Assembly: GCA_027021705.1 (NCBI GenBank)
Contig: JALUTT010000010.1
Span: forward strand, 1-64,000
Length of the DNA: 64,000 nt
Reading direction: 5' to 3'
From: Anaerolineae bacterium
GTDB taxonomy: Bacteria > Chloroflexota > Anaerolineae > S140-20
This document shows positions 9,701 to 17,467 of this stretch, in pieces. A program made the position numbers and the translations under genes. Position 1 is the first letter of the stretch; each line of letters begins with the position of its first letter. The notes under the pieces were generated by a model that was not told the origin of the DNA, searched no databases, and worked only from the letters and a program-made list of their open reading frames with translations.

Positions 9701-10296
9701 ACCTGGACCTGCAGGGGGACGCGCCGGCCGCTCTCCTGGAAGTAGCGGTGGATGCCGGCGACGGCGGCCTTGACCTCCAGGATGTCCTGGCTTGTCTCCA
9801 CCAGGAGCAGGTCCACGCCCCCTTCGACGAGCCCCTGAGCTTGCTCCCGGTAGACCTCTTCCAGTTCCTTGAAGGTGATGTCGGAGAGTTCGGGATCGGT
9901 CGAGGAGGGGAGCTTGCCCGTGGGGCCGATGGAGCCGGCCACGTAACGGGGGATGCCCGTCTCCCGCTCGAAGCGGTCGGCCACCTGCCGGGCGATCCGG
10001 GCCGCGGCCCGATTGATCTCCAGCACCCGGTCCTGCAGGCCATACTCGGCCAGCGTGATCCGGTTGCTGCGGAAGGTGTTGGTCTCCACCACCTCGCTGC
10101 CGGCGGCGAAGTAGCCGCTGTGGACCTCGGCCAGCACGTCGGGGCGGGTGATGGCCAGGTAGTCGAAACAGCCGACGTACCGCTCACCGCCGAAGTCCTC
10201 GGCGGTGAGAGGGTACTTCTGCAGTTGGGTCCCGTTGGCTCCGTCGAAGACGACCACGTGATCGGCGATGGCCTCCAGGTAGCTTCTGCGCGGCAT
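6745..10296 (-). CDS. metH: Cobalamin-dependent methionine synthase
   Basis: GINCSTGP, GGCCGT, GDVHDIGKN B12 motif, RYSWGYPACPD. Confidence 0.97.
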   Translation of the reverse strand: MPRRSYLEAIADHVVVFDGANGTQLQKYPLTAEDFGGERYVGCFDYLAITRPDVLAEVHSGYFAAGSEVVETNTFRSNRITLAEYGLQDRVLEINRAAARIARQVADRFERETGIPRYVAGSIGPTGKLPSSTDPELSDITFKELEEVYREQAQGLVEGGVDLLLVETSQDILEVKAAVAGIHRYFQESGRRVPLQVQVTLDTSGRMLLGTDIAAALTTLVYLPIDVIGINCSTGPEHMREPVRYLVEHSPRPISVLPNAGLPLNVDGEAVYPLQPDPFAEMMAEFVAWGVEVVGGCCGTTPAHIERLIEVISPQRYRQEQARRPGAIRAGRQRTYIPTVSSGMRAVPLRQEPPPLLVGERINAQGSRKAKRLLLAGDYDAILELAQEQMAYGAHVLDVCVAMTEREDEAEMMRTVVKKLSTSVEAPLMFDSTEPAVIEAALETYPGRGIINSIHLEGGRDRIDAVLPLAVKHGAAVVALTIDEQGMARTAERKLEVARRIYRIAVEEYGLPPDALIFDPLTFTLATGDPEYANAAVETLEGLRRIKAELPGVLTNLGVSNVSFGLQPAARRVLNSVFLYHAVEAGLDVAIVNPRHTTPYSEIPEEQRTLADDLIFNRRPDALSRFIQYFEEHEVTMEEAERVDPTAGMTPEEKLYWQIVHRRKEGIEALVDAVVAAHDPVWTLNQVLLPAMKEVGDRFGAGELILPFVLQSAEVMKQAVARLETYLERAEGTSKGQIVLATVYGDVHDIGKNLVKTILVNNGYIVHDLGKQVPANVIIDKAVEVQADAIGLSALLVSTSRQMPLVVNELARRGLEIPVLIGGAAINRRFGRRILFLEDNGRPYPAGVFYCKDAFEGLAVMDRLVNPEQREALLAQVIAEAEAEVRQRPAPTAAAPGPAEAGPRSVPPPPRIPEPPFWGPRVVREIPLEAVFPYIHKPELFRLSWGGKNTRGEAWERLEAEFEARLARMQREALQEGYLRPQAVYGYFPCQSEGDDLVLYDWREPAARREIARFTFPRQPSGERLCLADYFAPVGSPQVDVVALQVVTVGPGATEKFDALQAAGDYSEAYYVHGLAVQTAEATAEYLHRYIRRELGLTDDQGKRYSWGYPACPDLSQHRLVFDLLPAEEALGMSLTPAYQLVPEQSTAALVVHHPAARYFSVGLGRDAQLAQAIRRPPEEANR

Positions 10297-10373
10297 AGCT
10301 CCCACCTCTGGGTGTGACACGTGAGACGTGGAACGTGTTCGGGTTACGTGATGGGTGTTGCGTATGTGGGGGC

Positions 10374-10402
10374 ATTATAGCCGGTTTTGGCCTTCTCAGC
10401 AA
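10374..10402 (-). promoter_or_regulatory. Sigma70 promoter of metH
   Basis: TTGCTG-17 bp-TATAAT. Confidence 0.65.
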
Positions 10403-10432
10403 ATCGGGTCTTGCCCAGGTGTGGGGCCGACA

Positions 10433-10470
10433 GGAAAGGGCGGCTCCCCGGCGCCGGGGAACCGCCCTTC
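10433..10470. terminator. Hairpin downstream of ABC permease
   Basis: AAGGGCGGCTCCCCGG / CCGGGGAACCGCCCTT. Confidence 0.5.
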
Positions 10471-10554
10471 CATCAGACCTGCCCGCGAGGAAGGAGATCG
10501 CGTGCGCGGTCAACGGTCCGGCGTCCGCCTGCTCAGGACCATCCTGGTGGCGTG

Positions 10555-11343
10555 CTAGTCGGTGCGGTTGAAGGCCCAAACGGCCGGCACCAGGAAGGCG
10601 AGCCAGAAGAGGGCCAGCAGGACCACGTCGGTGGCGATGGGGTGCAGGCGGACCATCTCCAGGACGAAGTCGGGGACGCTTCCCCGCAGAGCCACCTGGC
10701 GGATGGGGTCCACCCCGTAGGTCATCGGGTCCACCCTGGCCAGCCATTCCAGCCAGAGAGGAACTCCCTGCACGGGGAAGAAAGCCCCGCTCAGGAAGAA
10801 CATCGGCATCAGGGTGAAGTTCATAATCAGGTGGAACCCCTCCATCGAGCGCATCCGGGAGGCCATCAGGACGCCTAAGGAGGTCATCGTGGCCGCCGTC
10901 AGGAGCATCAGCGCCAGGAGGACGACGATCTGGTCCAGGCTGAGGTGGACGCCGATGAGAGGGGCCAGCAGCAGGATGATCGCTCCCTGGAACATAGCGA
11001 CGGTGCTCCCGCCGGCCACCTTTCCCAGGGCCACGACGATGCGGGAGATGGGGGCGACCAGCACCTCCTTCAAAAAGCCGAACTGGCGGTCCCACACGAT
11101 GGAGACGGCCGAGAAGACGGCGGTGAAGAGGACGGCCATCGCGATGATGCCGGGGAAGAGGAAGGACTGGAAGTCCAGTTGTCCCTGGGCCAACCCCGTC
11201 ATCGTCGGTGAGAGGCCGGCACCGAAGATGAAGAGGAAGAGCAAAGGCTGGGCCAGGGAACCGATGATCCGAGACCGATCGCGGGAGAAGCGCAGCACAT
11301 CCCGGTACCAGATGGTGTAGAGTCCCTTCAAATGTCGTCGCAT
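10555..11343 (-). CDS. ABC-2 type exporter permease
   Basis: About six TM helices; DRQFGFLKEVLVAP, FLSGAFFP, DPMTYGVD. Confidence 0.93.
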   Translation of the reverse strand: MRRHLKGLYTIWYRDVLRFSRDRSRIIGSLAQPLLFLFIFGAGLSPTMTGLAQGQLDFQSFLFPGIIAMAVLFTAVFSAVSIVWDRQFGFLKEVLVAPISRIVVALGKVAGGSTVAMFQGAIILLLAPLIGVHLSLDQIVVLLALMLLTAATMTSLGVLMASRMRSMEGFHLIMNFTLMPMFFLSGAFFPVQGVPLWLEWLARVDPMTYGVDPIRQVALRGSVPDFVLEMVRLHPIATDVVLLALFWLAFLVPAVWAFNRTD

Positions 11344-11348
11344 CGCGG

Positions 11349-12347
11349 TTACCTCCTCGTCCCTCGCCAGGCCCGGGTGCGCAGCCGCATCCGCTCCACG
11401 GTGCTGCTCTCTTCCTCGCGGATGGTGCGTCCCGTCAGCCGGATGAAGACGTCCTCCAGAGTGGGGCGGCGCAGGTTGATGCTCTGGATCTCGATGGTCG
11501 GCCCGGTGCCGTTGGAGAGCACCTGCACCAGCCGGGGGATGGCCTGGTCGCCCCGAGGGAGCTCCAGCACCAGGTCGCCGTTGACCTGGCGCACCTCCAC
11601 GTCGAAGGCGGCCTGAAGCCGTTGGGCGGCCCCGGCGTTGTCGCTGGTGCGCAGGGTGATCACGTCGCCGCCGACCATCGCCTTCAGGTTGTCCGGGCTG
11701 TCCAGGGCCACGATCTCGCCGTGGTCAATGATGGCGATGCGGTCGGCGATCTCCGCTTCCTCCATGTAGTGGGTGGTCAGGAAGATGGTCGTGCCTTCCT
11801 GCTCGCGCAGCCGGATGACGTACTCCCAGATGTGGCGGCGGGTCTGGGGGTCCAGCCCCAGGGTGGGCTCGTCGAGGAAGAGGATGCGCGGCTGGTGCAA
11901 CAGCCCTCGTGCCATCTCCAGACGGCGCTTCATCCCGCCGGAGAAGGTCCGCACCAGGCTGTCGGCCCGGTCGGCCAGCTCCACCAGCTCCAAAAGCGCC
12001 GACGCCCGCTGGTTGAAGAGATCACGGGGCATATCGTAGAGCATCGCGTGGAAGCGGAGGTTTTCCATCGCCGTCAGTTGGTCGTCCAAGCTGGGGTCCT
12101 GGAAGACCAATCCGATGGACCGGCGGACGGCATCGGGATCGCGCCGGATGTCGTGGCCGGCGACCAGGGCAGTGCCCTCCGTGGGGCGCAGGAGCGTGCA
12201 GAGCATATTGATGGTCGTCGTCTTGCCCGCTCCGTTGGGTCCCAGGAACCCGAAGATCTCTCCCTGCTCCACGTCGAAGGTGACGCCCTTGACGGCGACC
12301 AGGTCGCCGAACTTGCGGACCAATCCTTGGGCTTCAATCGCTTTCAT
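11349..12347 (-). CDS. ABC exporter ATP-binding protein (DrrA-like)
   Basis: GPNGAGKTT, FSGGMKRR, LFLDEPT, TTHYMEEA. Confidence 0.95.
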   Translation of the reverse strand: MKAIEAQGLVRKFGDLVAVKGVTFDVEQGEIFGFLGPNGAGKTTTINMLCTLLRPTEGTALVAGHDIRRDPDAVRRSIGLVFQDPSLDDQLTAMENLRFHAMLYDMPRDLFNQRASALLELVELADRADSLVRTFSGGMKRRLEMARGLLHQPRILFLDEPTLGLDPQTRRHIWEYVIRLREQEGTTIFLTTHYMEEAEIADRIAIIDHGEIVALDSPDNLKAMVGGDVITLRTSDNAGAAQRLQAAFDVEVRQVNGDLVLELPRGDQAIPRLVQVLSNGTGPTIEIQSINLRRPTLEDVFIRLTGRTIREEESSTVERMRLRTRAWRGTRR

Positions 12348-12373
12348 CGTCCCTCCCAATCTGTACGCTCGCG

Positions 12374-12494
12374 GATCTATTCAGCCTGCCCTCCCGCAGG
12401 TCACCGGTCGAGGGCGCTTTCAGCCCCGATGGGCTATTGGAAGCACGGTTTCGCGTCGGAAACGCGCTTAACCTGCGGGAGGGTGAACAGTTAC
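12374..12494 (-). repeat. Family A dispersed palindromic element, copy 1
   Basis: CCCTCCCGCAGGT...ACCTGCGGGAGGGTGAACAGTTAC; near-identical to 59181-59300 and 61778-61897; overlaps marR stop. Confidence 0.9.
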
Positions 12495-12961
12495 ACGCGC
12501 TCGGTGATTCTCGAGGGGCCTTTCGTGGGGAAGTCGGCAGCGAAGAGGCGGTGGAGAACTTCCAGGCCGGCGGCCAACTGCTCCCGCTCCTCGGCCGACA
12601 GAGTGGCGATCCTCTGAGCCAGCCGCTCCTCAATCTCGGCGTGAACCCGCAGGAAGAGGGCCCGGCCCTCGTCGGTGAGGCTCAGCAGCACCCGACGGCG
12701 ATCCTTCGGGTCCCGACTGCGGGCGACGAGGCCGCGCTCGACCAGGGCGGACACCGTCCGGGACATCGTGGGCAGGCTGACTGCCTGGCAGCGGGCCAAG
12801 TCGCTCATCCCCCGAGGCTCTCGGTAGAGCAGTGCCAGCACCCGATAGTGGGGCGGGACGAAGCTGCTCTCTGTCATGCGGCGCATCCGGGCGTGGACGG
12901 CACGCATCGCCAGGGGGATCAGTTCCAGGATGCGGCGGGCCAGTTGTTCGTTGGAGATCAC
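12491..12961 (-). CDS. MarR-family transcriptional regulator
   Basis: TMSRTVSALVERGLV..DPKDRRRVLLSLTDEG. Confidence 0.93.
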   Translation of the reverse strand: MISNEQLARRILELIPLAMRAVHARMRRMTESSFVPPHYRVLALLYREPRGMSDLARCQAVSLPTMSRTVSALVERGLVARSRDPKDRRRVLLSLTDEGRALFLRVHAEIEERLAQRIATLSAEEREQLAAGLEVLHRLFAADFPTKGPSRITERV

Positions 12962-12981
12962 CGGAGCTCCCTTTCGTTGAT

Positions 12982-13039
12982 GTTGGTACTACTAACGGTT
13001 AGCAGAGCTAATTATACCATTCGTGGTCCGATTCGTCAA
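12982..13039 (-). promoter_or_regulatory. marR promoter with two tandem palindromic operators
   Basis: TTGACG-17 bp-TATAAT (13039-13011); GTTAGCAGAGCTAAT (12998-13012) and GTTGGTACTACTAAC (12982-12996). Confidence 0.75.
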
Positions 13040-13065
13040 CCGTGGACAGCATACGACCGCCGACC

Positions 13066-13169
13066 GGGGGAGGCACCGGGGAGTGAGGCACCGAGGACCG
13101 AGGAGTGGGAGACAGGGGGCAGGGCGCGAGGAGCGAACGACCGCCGACGGCCGACCGCCGACCGCCGAC
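13066..13169 (+). repeat. Left arm of ~105-bp inverted repeat around secG-SBP
   Basis: Reverse complement of 15410-15519; 33-bp perfect core 13071-13103. Confidence 0.85.
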
Positions 13170-13217
13170 TGCGGACTGCGGACTGTGGACTGCGGACCAA
13201 GCGACCAAAGGACCACC

Positions 13218-13246
13218 TTGGCACTTGGATGCCCCCGTGTTATAAT
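13218..13246 (+). promoter_or_regulatory. Sigma70 promoter of secG
   Basis: TTGGCA-17 bp-TATAAT, extended TG. Confidence 0.7.
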
Positions 13247-13284
13247 CCCCTCCGCTATCTCCAGAATCGAAAGGAGGGTTCAGC

Positions 13285-13509
13285 GTGGCCACGGCTTTGA
13301 ACATCGCTCAGATCATCGTCTCCATCGCCCTCATCGCCCTGATCCTGCTCCAGGCCAGGACCTCGGGCGTGGGCGGCGTCTTTGGAGGCAGCGATACCTC
13401 GGTCGTCCGCACCCGGCGCGGTGTGGAGCGGACGATGTTCAACCTTACCATCGTCCTCTCCATTGTCTTTTTCCTCGTCACGCTGCTCAACGTCATCCAG
13501 AGCGGCTAA
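13285..13509 (+). CDS. secG: Preprotein translocase subunit SecG
   Basis: TM-ILLQ..GVGGVFGG..TRRGVERTMF-TM; AAGGAGG RBS. Confidence 0.92.
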   Translation: MATALNIAQIIVSIALIALILLQARTSGVGGVFGGSDTSVVRTRRGVERTMFNLTIVLSIVFFLVTLLNVIQSG

Positions 13510-13554
13510 CCCCCGCCGATCCGTTGACCTGTTGACCCGCTCACCCGCTGCACC

Positions 13555-15237
13555 GTGATCCGATACATCCGCTGGCAGATCATCCTGGTGGTCACAGGGG
13601 TCGCCTTGCTGGCCACCTTGCTCATCTACGTGGCCTTGAACTTCTCCACCGTCTGGGTGCCGGCCCGGGGCGGGACCTACGTGGAAGGAGTGGCCGGTAC
13701 GCCCCGTTACCTGAACCCTCTTCTCTCCAACCAATACGTCGTGGATGGCGACCTCTGTGCCCTCCTCTTCGACGGACTGACCAAACTGGATGAGCGGGGG
13801 GAGGTCGTGCCGGACCTGGCCCTGCGATGGGAAGTCTCCGACGATGGGCTGACCTACACCTTCGAGCTGCGCCAGAATGCCCGCTGGCACGACGGTCGTC
13901 CCGTCACTGCCGATGACGTCCTCTTCACCGTCCGGCTGCTCCAGGATCCCGACTTCCCCGGCTCTCCCGACCTGAGCACCCTCTGGCGTTCCGTCAAGGT
14001 GGAAAAGGAGGGGCTGTGGACAGTCCGTTTCACCCTCCAGCAGCCCTTTGCTCCCTTCCTGGACTACACCACCATTGGACTCCTCCCGGCCCACATCCTG
14101 GAAGGGGTCACGGCGGCTCAGCTCCCCGATCATCCCTTCAACCGGCAGCCGGTGGGCACCGGTCCCTTCCGCCTGGTGGAGATCGCCACCGAGGAGGGGG
14201 AGCCCGCCTACGCCATCCTGGAGGCCAACCGACAGTTCTATGGCCCCGTCCCGATGCTCGACCGCATCCAGTTCAAGTTCTACCCCAGCGACCAGGCGGT
14301 CGTCCGGGCCTACGAGGCGGGCGAGGTGGCGGGCATCGGCCACGTTCCCCCATCGGCCCTGGCCTGGGCGCGGACGAACCCTTCCCTGAACCTCTTCACA
14401 CTGCCGCTGGCCGGCTACACCCTGGTCTTCCTCAACCTGCGCAACGACGAGGTTCCCTTCTTGCAGACGCCTGAGGTCCGGCGGGCGCTGCTCTATGCCC
14501 TGGATCGGCAGGCCCTGATAGACGAGGTATTGGATGGGCAGGGCATCGTCGCCCACAGCCCCATCCTGCCGGGGACGTGGGCCTACAACCCCGAGGTGCG
14601 GAAGTATCGCCTCAACCGGGAGCGCACGGTGGCGCTGCTGAAGGAAGATGGCTGGCAGCCTTCTACCTCCTCGGAGAGCGAGTGGCCTACTGGCTGGACC
14701 AAAGAGGGGCGACCGCTGGCCTTCTCTTTGCTCACGGCAGATGACCCGCAGCAAGTCGCCCTGGCCGAGGCGATGGCCAAACAGTGGGCCACCGTGGGCA
14801 TCCAGGTCTCGGTAGAAGCCGTGCCCCCGACCGACCTGCAGGACCGCCTGACCGCCCGGCAGTTCCAGGCCCTGCTGGTGGAACTGATCCTGCCGGGCGA
14901 CCCCGACCCTTATCCCTTCTGGCACCAGACACAGATCGAAGAAGGGCAGAATTACGCCGGTTATGACAGCCGCGATGTCAGCGAGTGGCTGGAGGAAGCC
15001 CGCCAGACGACGGATCGCCGCCGCCGCCGCGAACTCTACTGGCTGTTCCAAGAACGCTTTGCCGAAGACGTGCCCTCCCTGCTGCTCTACCACCCCGTCT
15101 ACAACTACGCCGTGGATCAGAGCGTGCGAGGGGTGGAAGTAGGGCCGCTGAACCGGCCCGGCGACCGTTTCCGCAGCGTGGCCTCCTGGTACATCCAACT
15201 CCGGCGGGTGATCCGGAGCGAAGCCTCGGCCCGGTAG
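13555..15237 (+). CDS. Peptide/nickel ABC substrate-binding protein (family 5)
   Basis: PDLA..WEVSDDGLTYTFELR..WHDGRPVTADDV, PVGTGPF; N-terminal TM. Confidence 0.93.
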   Translation: MIRYIRWQIILVVTGVALLATLLIYVALNFSTVWVPARGGTYVEGVAGTPRYLNPLLSNQYVVDGDLCALLFDGLTKLDERGEVVPDLALRWEVSDDGLTYTFELRQNARWHDGRPVTADDVLFTVRLLQDPDFPGSPDLSTLWRSVKVEKEGLWTVRFTLQQPFAPFLDYTTIGLLPAHILEGVTAAQLPDHPFNRQPVGTGPFRLVEIATEEGEPAYAILEANRQFYGPVPMLDRIQFKFYPSDQAVVRAYEAGEVAGIGHVPPSALAWARTNPSLNLFTLPLAGYTLVFLNLRNDEVPFLQTPEVRRALLYALDRQALIDEVLDGQGIVAHSPILPGTWAYNPEVRKYRLNRERTVALLKEDGWQPSTSSESEWPTGWTKEGRPLAFSLLTADDPQQVALAEAMAKQWATVGIQVSVEAVPPTDLQDRLTARQFQALLVELILPGDPDPYPFWHQTQIEEGQNYAGYDSRDVSEWLEEARQTTDRRRRRELYWLFQERFAEDVPSLLLYHPVYNYAVDQSVRGVEVGPLNRPGDRFRSVASWYIQLRRVIRSEASAR

Positions 15238-15519
15238 TCCTCGGTCCTTGGTCGGGTGGTCGCTTGGTCGCTTGGTCGAGTGGTCAAGTAGTCGTTTGGT
15301 CAGGTGGTCGGTCTGTCGGCGGTCGGCGGTCAGCCGTCGGCGGTCGTATGCAGTCCTCAGTCCTCAGTCCTCGGTCTGCCGCTAGGCCGCCAGTCGCTAG
15401 GCCGCTCGATCGGCGGTCGGCGGTCAGCCGTCAGCGGTCTTTCGCCCCTCGCCCCCTGCCCCCTGCCCTCTGCCTCCCACCCCTCGGTCCTCGGTGCCTC
15501 ACTCCCCGGTGCCTTCCCC
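15237..15519 (-). repeat. 7/8-mer tandem arrays including the right arm of the inverted repeat (15410-15519)
   Basis: TGGTCGCT-like octamers, GTCGGCG and GTCCTCA heptamers. Confidence 0.85.
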
Positions 15520-15526
15520 TTCCCGC

Positions 15527-15555
15527 TTGACAGGTTCCCCTTTTCGGTGTATACT
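15527..15555 (+). promoter_or_regulatory. Sigma70 promoter of pncA
   Basis: TTGACA-17 bp-TATACT. Confidence 0.8.
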
Positions 15556-15623
15556 TGGTGTAAAGAATACACCAACTTGCCCCTTTTCTTTTTCGCCTCA
15601 AGTTAGTGTATTTTTGACACTAA
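15555..15623. promoter_or_regulatory. Two NrtR-type operators
   Basis: 21-bp palindromes with GT-N7-AC core: TTGGTGTAAAGAATACACCAA (15555-15575), TTAGTGTATTTTTGACACTAA (15603-15623). Confidence 0.75.
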
Positions 15624-15640
15624 CGCCATAGGAGGAACCA

Positions 15641-16360
15641 ATGGACGCACAAACCTTGATTCAGGAGAGCAAACCCTTCCTGGAGTGGCTGGTCAATTGG
15701 TACAACAACCTGCCGACCCAGGAGCTTTCCGCCGTCATCACGGACCCGGAGCGCGTGGCCGTCCTCTCGGTGGATGTCATCAAGGGCTTTCTCTACGAGG
15801 GTCCCCTGGCCAGCCCCCGGGTGGCCCGCATCGCCCAGCCCATCGTCCGGCTCTTCCAGCGGGCCTACGACCTGGGGGTGCGCCACTTCGTCCTGCTCCA
15901 GGACACCCACGATCCCGAAGCCGTCGAGTTCGGCAGCTTCCCCCCTCACGCCGTTGCCGGAACTCCTGAGAGCGAGACGATCCCGGAACTTCAGGCCCTT
16001 CCCTTCGCCGACCAGTTCGTGCGCATTTCCAAGAATTCCATCAGTTCCAACCTGAACACGCGGCTGCCGGCCTGGCTGGACGAGCACCCGGAGGTCACCA
16101 CCTTCATCGTCGTCGGCGACGTGACCGATATGTGCACCTATCAGTTGGCCCTCTACTTGCGGCTGCGGGCCAACGCCTGGCAGCGCAAGGCGGATCGGGT
16201 CCTGCTGCCCGTCAACTGTGTCGAGACCTACGACCTACCCGTGGAGGCGGCCGAGAAGATCGGAGCCTACCCCCATCCTGGAGACCTGTTGCACCTGATC
16301 TTCCTGCACAGCATGGCCATCCACGGGGTTGAGATCTTCGCCCGCTTCAGCGATGCGTGA
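15641..16360 (+). CDS. pncA: Nicotinamidase (isochorismatase-family cysteine hydrolase)
   Basis: Catalytic D (SVDV), K (ISKN), C (TDMC); metal ligands QDTH and PPH; NrtR-type boxes upstream. Confidence 0.8.
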   Translation: MDAQTLIQESKPFLEWLVNWYNNLPTQELSAVITDPERVAVLSVDVIKGFLYEGPLASPRVARIAQPIVRLFQRAYDLGVRHFVLLQDTHDPEAVEFGSFPPHAVAGTPESETIPELQALPFADQFVRISKNSISSNLNTRLPAWLDEHPEVTTFIVVGDVTDMCTYQLALYLRLRANAWQRKADRVLLPVNCVETYDLPVEAAEKIGAYPHPGDLLHLIFLHSMAIHGVEIFARFSDA

Positions 16361-16670
16361 TCATCATCCAACGCGATGGGCTTCTGACCGGCCTGGAATG
16401 GATCGGCACGAGGGATCGTGGTCAGGACCGGAACAGAGCATAGCGGCCGATGGCAATGGCTGGTATCGTCGGGGCGTTGCCCTCCTGCGCCAGGGCCGTC
16501 CCTTCGAGGCGATAGAGGCCCTGGAGCGGGCACTGCGGCTGGCCCCCGACGATCAGGACCTCCTGGCCCATCTGGCCGTGGCCCGCCGAGCCGTTGGCGA
16601 CGTGGCAGGCGCTGCCGCCATCCGGCGGGCCCTCCTCTCCTGGCCACGGGAGCGGAACGTCTCAGGCTGA
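16353..16670 (+). CDS. Small tetratricopeptide-repeat protein
   Basis: WYRRGVALLRQGRPFEAIEALERALRLAPDD TPR consensus. Confidence 0.7.
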   Translation: MRDHHPTRWASDRPGMDRHEGSWSGPEQSIAADGNGWYRRGVALLRQGRPFEAIEALERALRLAPDDQDLLAHLAVARRAVGDVAGAAAIRRALLSWPRERNVSG

Positions 16671-16742
16671 GCACCTGTCGGAGAAACGGGCAAGGGCCTG
16701 GTCCTCGCCGGAGGGACCAGGCCCTTGGCGTTGGGCAACCAT

Positions 16743-16850
16743 ACAAAAAGCCCCCCGCTTGGTCGCGGAGGGCCTTTTGTGTCGTAGGGCTGTGGTGTGG
16801 CGGCGCGGAACCACACCACCCCTGATGCCGGGGTCAGGGTGCCCTACGAC
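16743..16850 (-). ncRNA. Candidate small RNA: three-way junction plus intrinsic terminator
   Basis: Extended -10 TGG-TATGAT (hexamer 16862-16857); P1 16841-16850/16781-16790; two inner hairpins; GC hairpin with U tract at 16744-16778. Confidence 0.6.
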
Positions 16851-16884
16851 GGCCTTATCATACCATAGACTGGCCCGTGTGGGA

Positions 16885-16912
16885 TTACGATCGTGTTACG
16901 AGATGGTTACGA
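16885..16912 (-). promoter_or_regulatory. Three TCGTAA direct repeats at 11-bp period
   Basis: TTACGA at 16885, 16896 and 16907 on the plus strand. Confidence 0.7.
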
Positions 16913-16931
16913 GGCTGCAACGCACCGGCGT

Positions 16932-16960
16932 TTGCCTTTTTGGAACGATTCTGCTATCAT
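16932..16960 (+). promoter_or_regulatory. Sigma70 promoter of the translin/Cas4-like operon
   Basis: TTGCCT-17 bp-TATCAT, extended TG. Confidence 0.55.
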
Positions 16961-17015
16961 TGGACCGGATGGCTCTCCGACCGATTCGTAGCGGCCTGAT
17001 TCCGACGGAGGAATC

Positions 17016-17450
17016 ATGGGACGGATTGTACACACTCAGAGTCCGGCTCGGATTCGCAACTACCACCGGCGCACCATCGCCGAACTCTTGCGCCACCTGA
17101 GCCAGAAGCCCCAAGTGGACGAAGAAGCGAAGGATATGGCCGCCCTGCTGGTCTACAGCCTGCGGGAGATCGGCCAGGTCAACGAGCGCTCGGCCCAAGC
17201 GTGGGAGCGGCGGGACTACTGGCTGAAGGCCGACCGCTTCCGCCGAGAATGGGCCTGGGTGGGCCAGATGGCCGAGGACCTGGAAGATGTGCTGCGCCAT
17301 CAAGCGTGGGACCTCCTGCCCCGCCTCCTGATGGACCTGCTGCCCCGCTTTGCCGACATCAAGGTCACCCGCCTGACCCGTTCGCCGGATCTCTGGCGGG
17401 GGGCCTATGACCGCCTCGTCAACGACTCTGCCGAATCCCCGCACCAATAA
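17016..17450 (+). CDS. Hypothetical alpha-helical protein
   Basis: GGAGG RBS, typical codon usage, AWERRDYWLKADRFRREW motif. Confidence 0.8.
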   Translation: MGRIVHTQSPARIRNYHRRTIAELLRHLSQKPQVDEEAKDMAALLVYSLREIGQVNERSAQAWERRDYWLKADRFRREWAWVGQMAEDLEDVLRHQAWDLLPRLLMDLLPRFADIKVTRLTRSPDLWRGAYDRLVNDSAESPHQ

Positions 17451-17467
17451 AGCAAGGGACCTGCCTG

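Noticed and set aside
6781..10317. 1178-aa plus-strand ORF
   Set aside because: Antisense shadow of metH caused by GC-rich codon usage; no motifs
10297..10373. SAM or B12 riboswitch before metH
   Set aside because: Leader is short and made of heptamer repeats; no recognisable aptamer core
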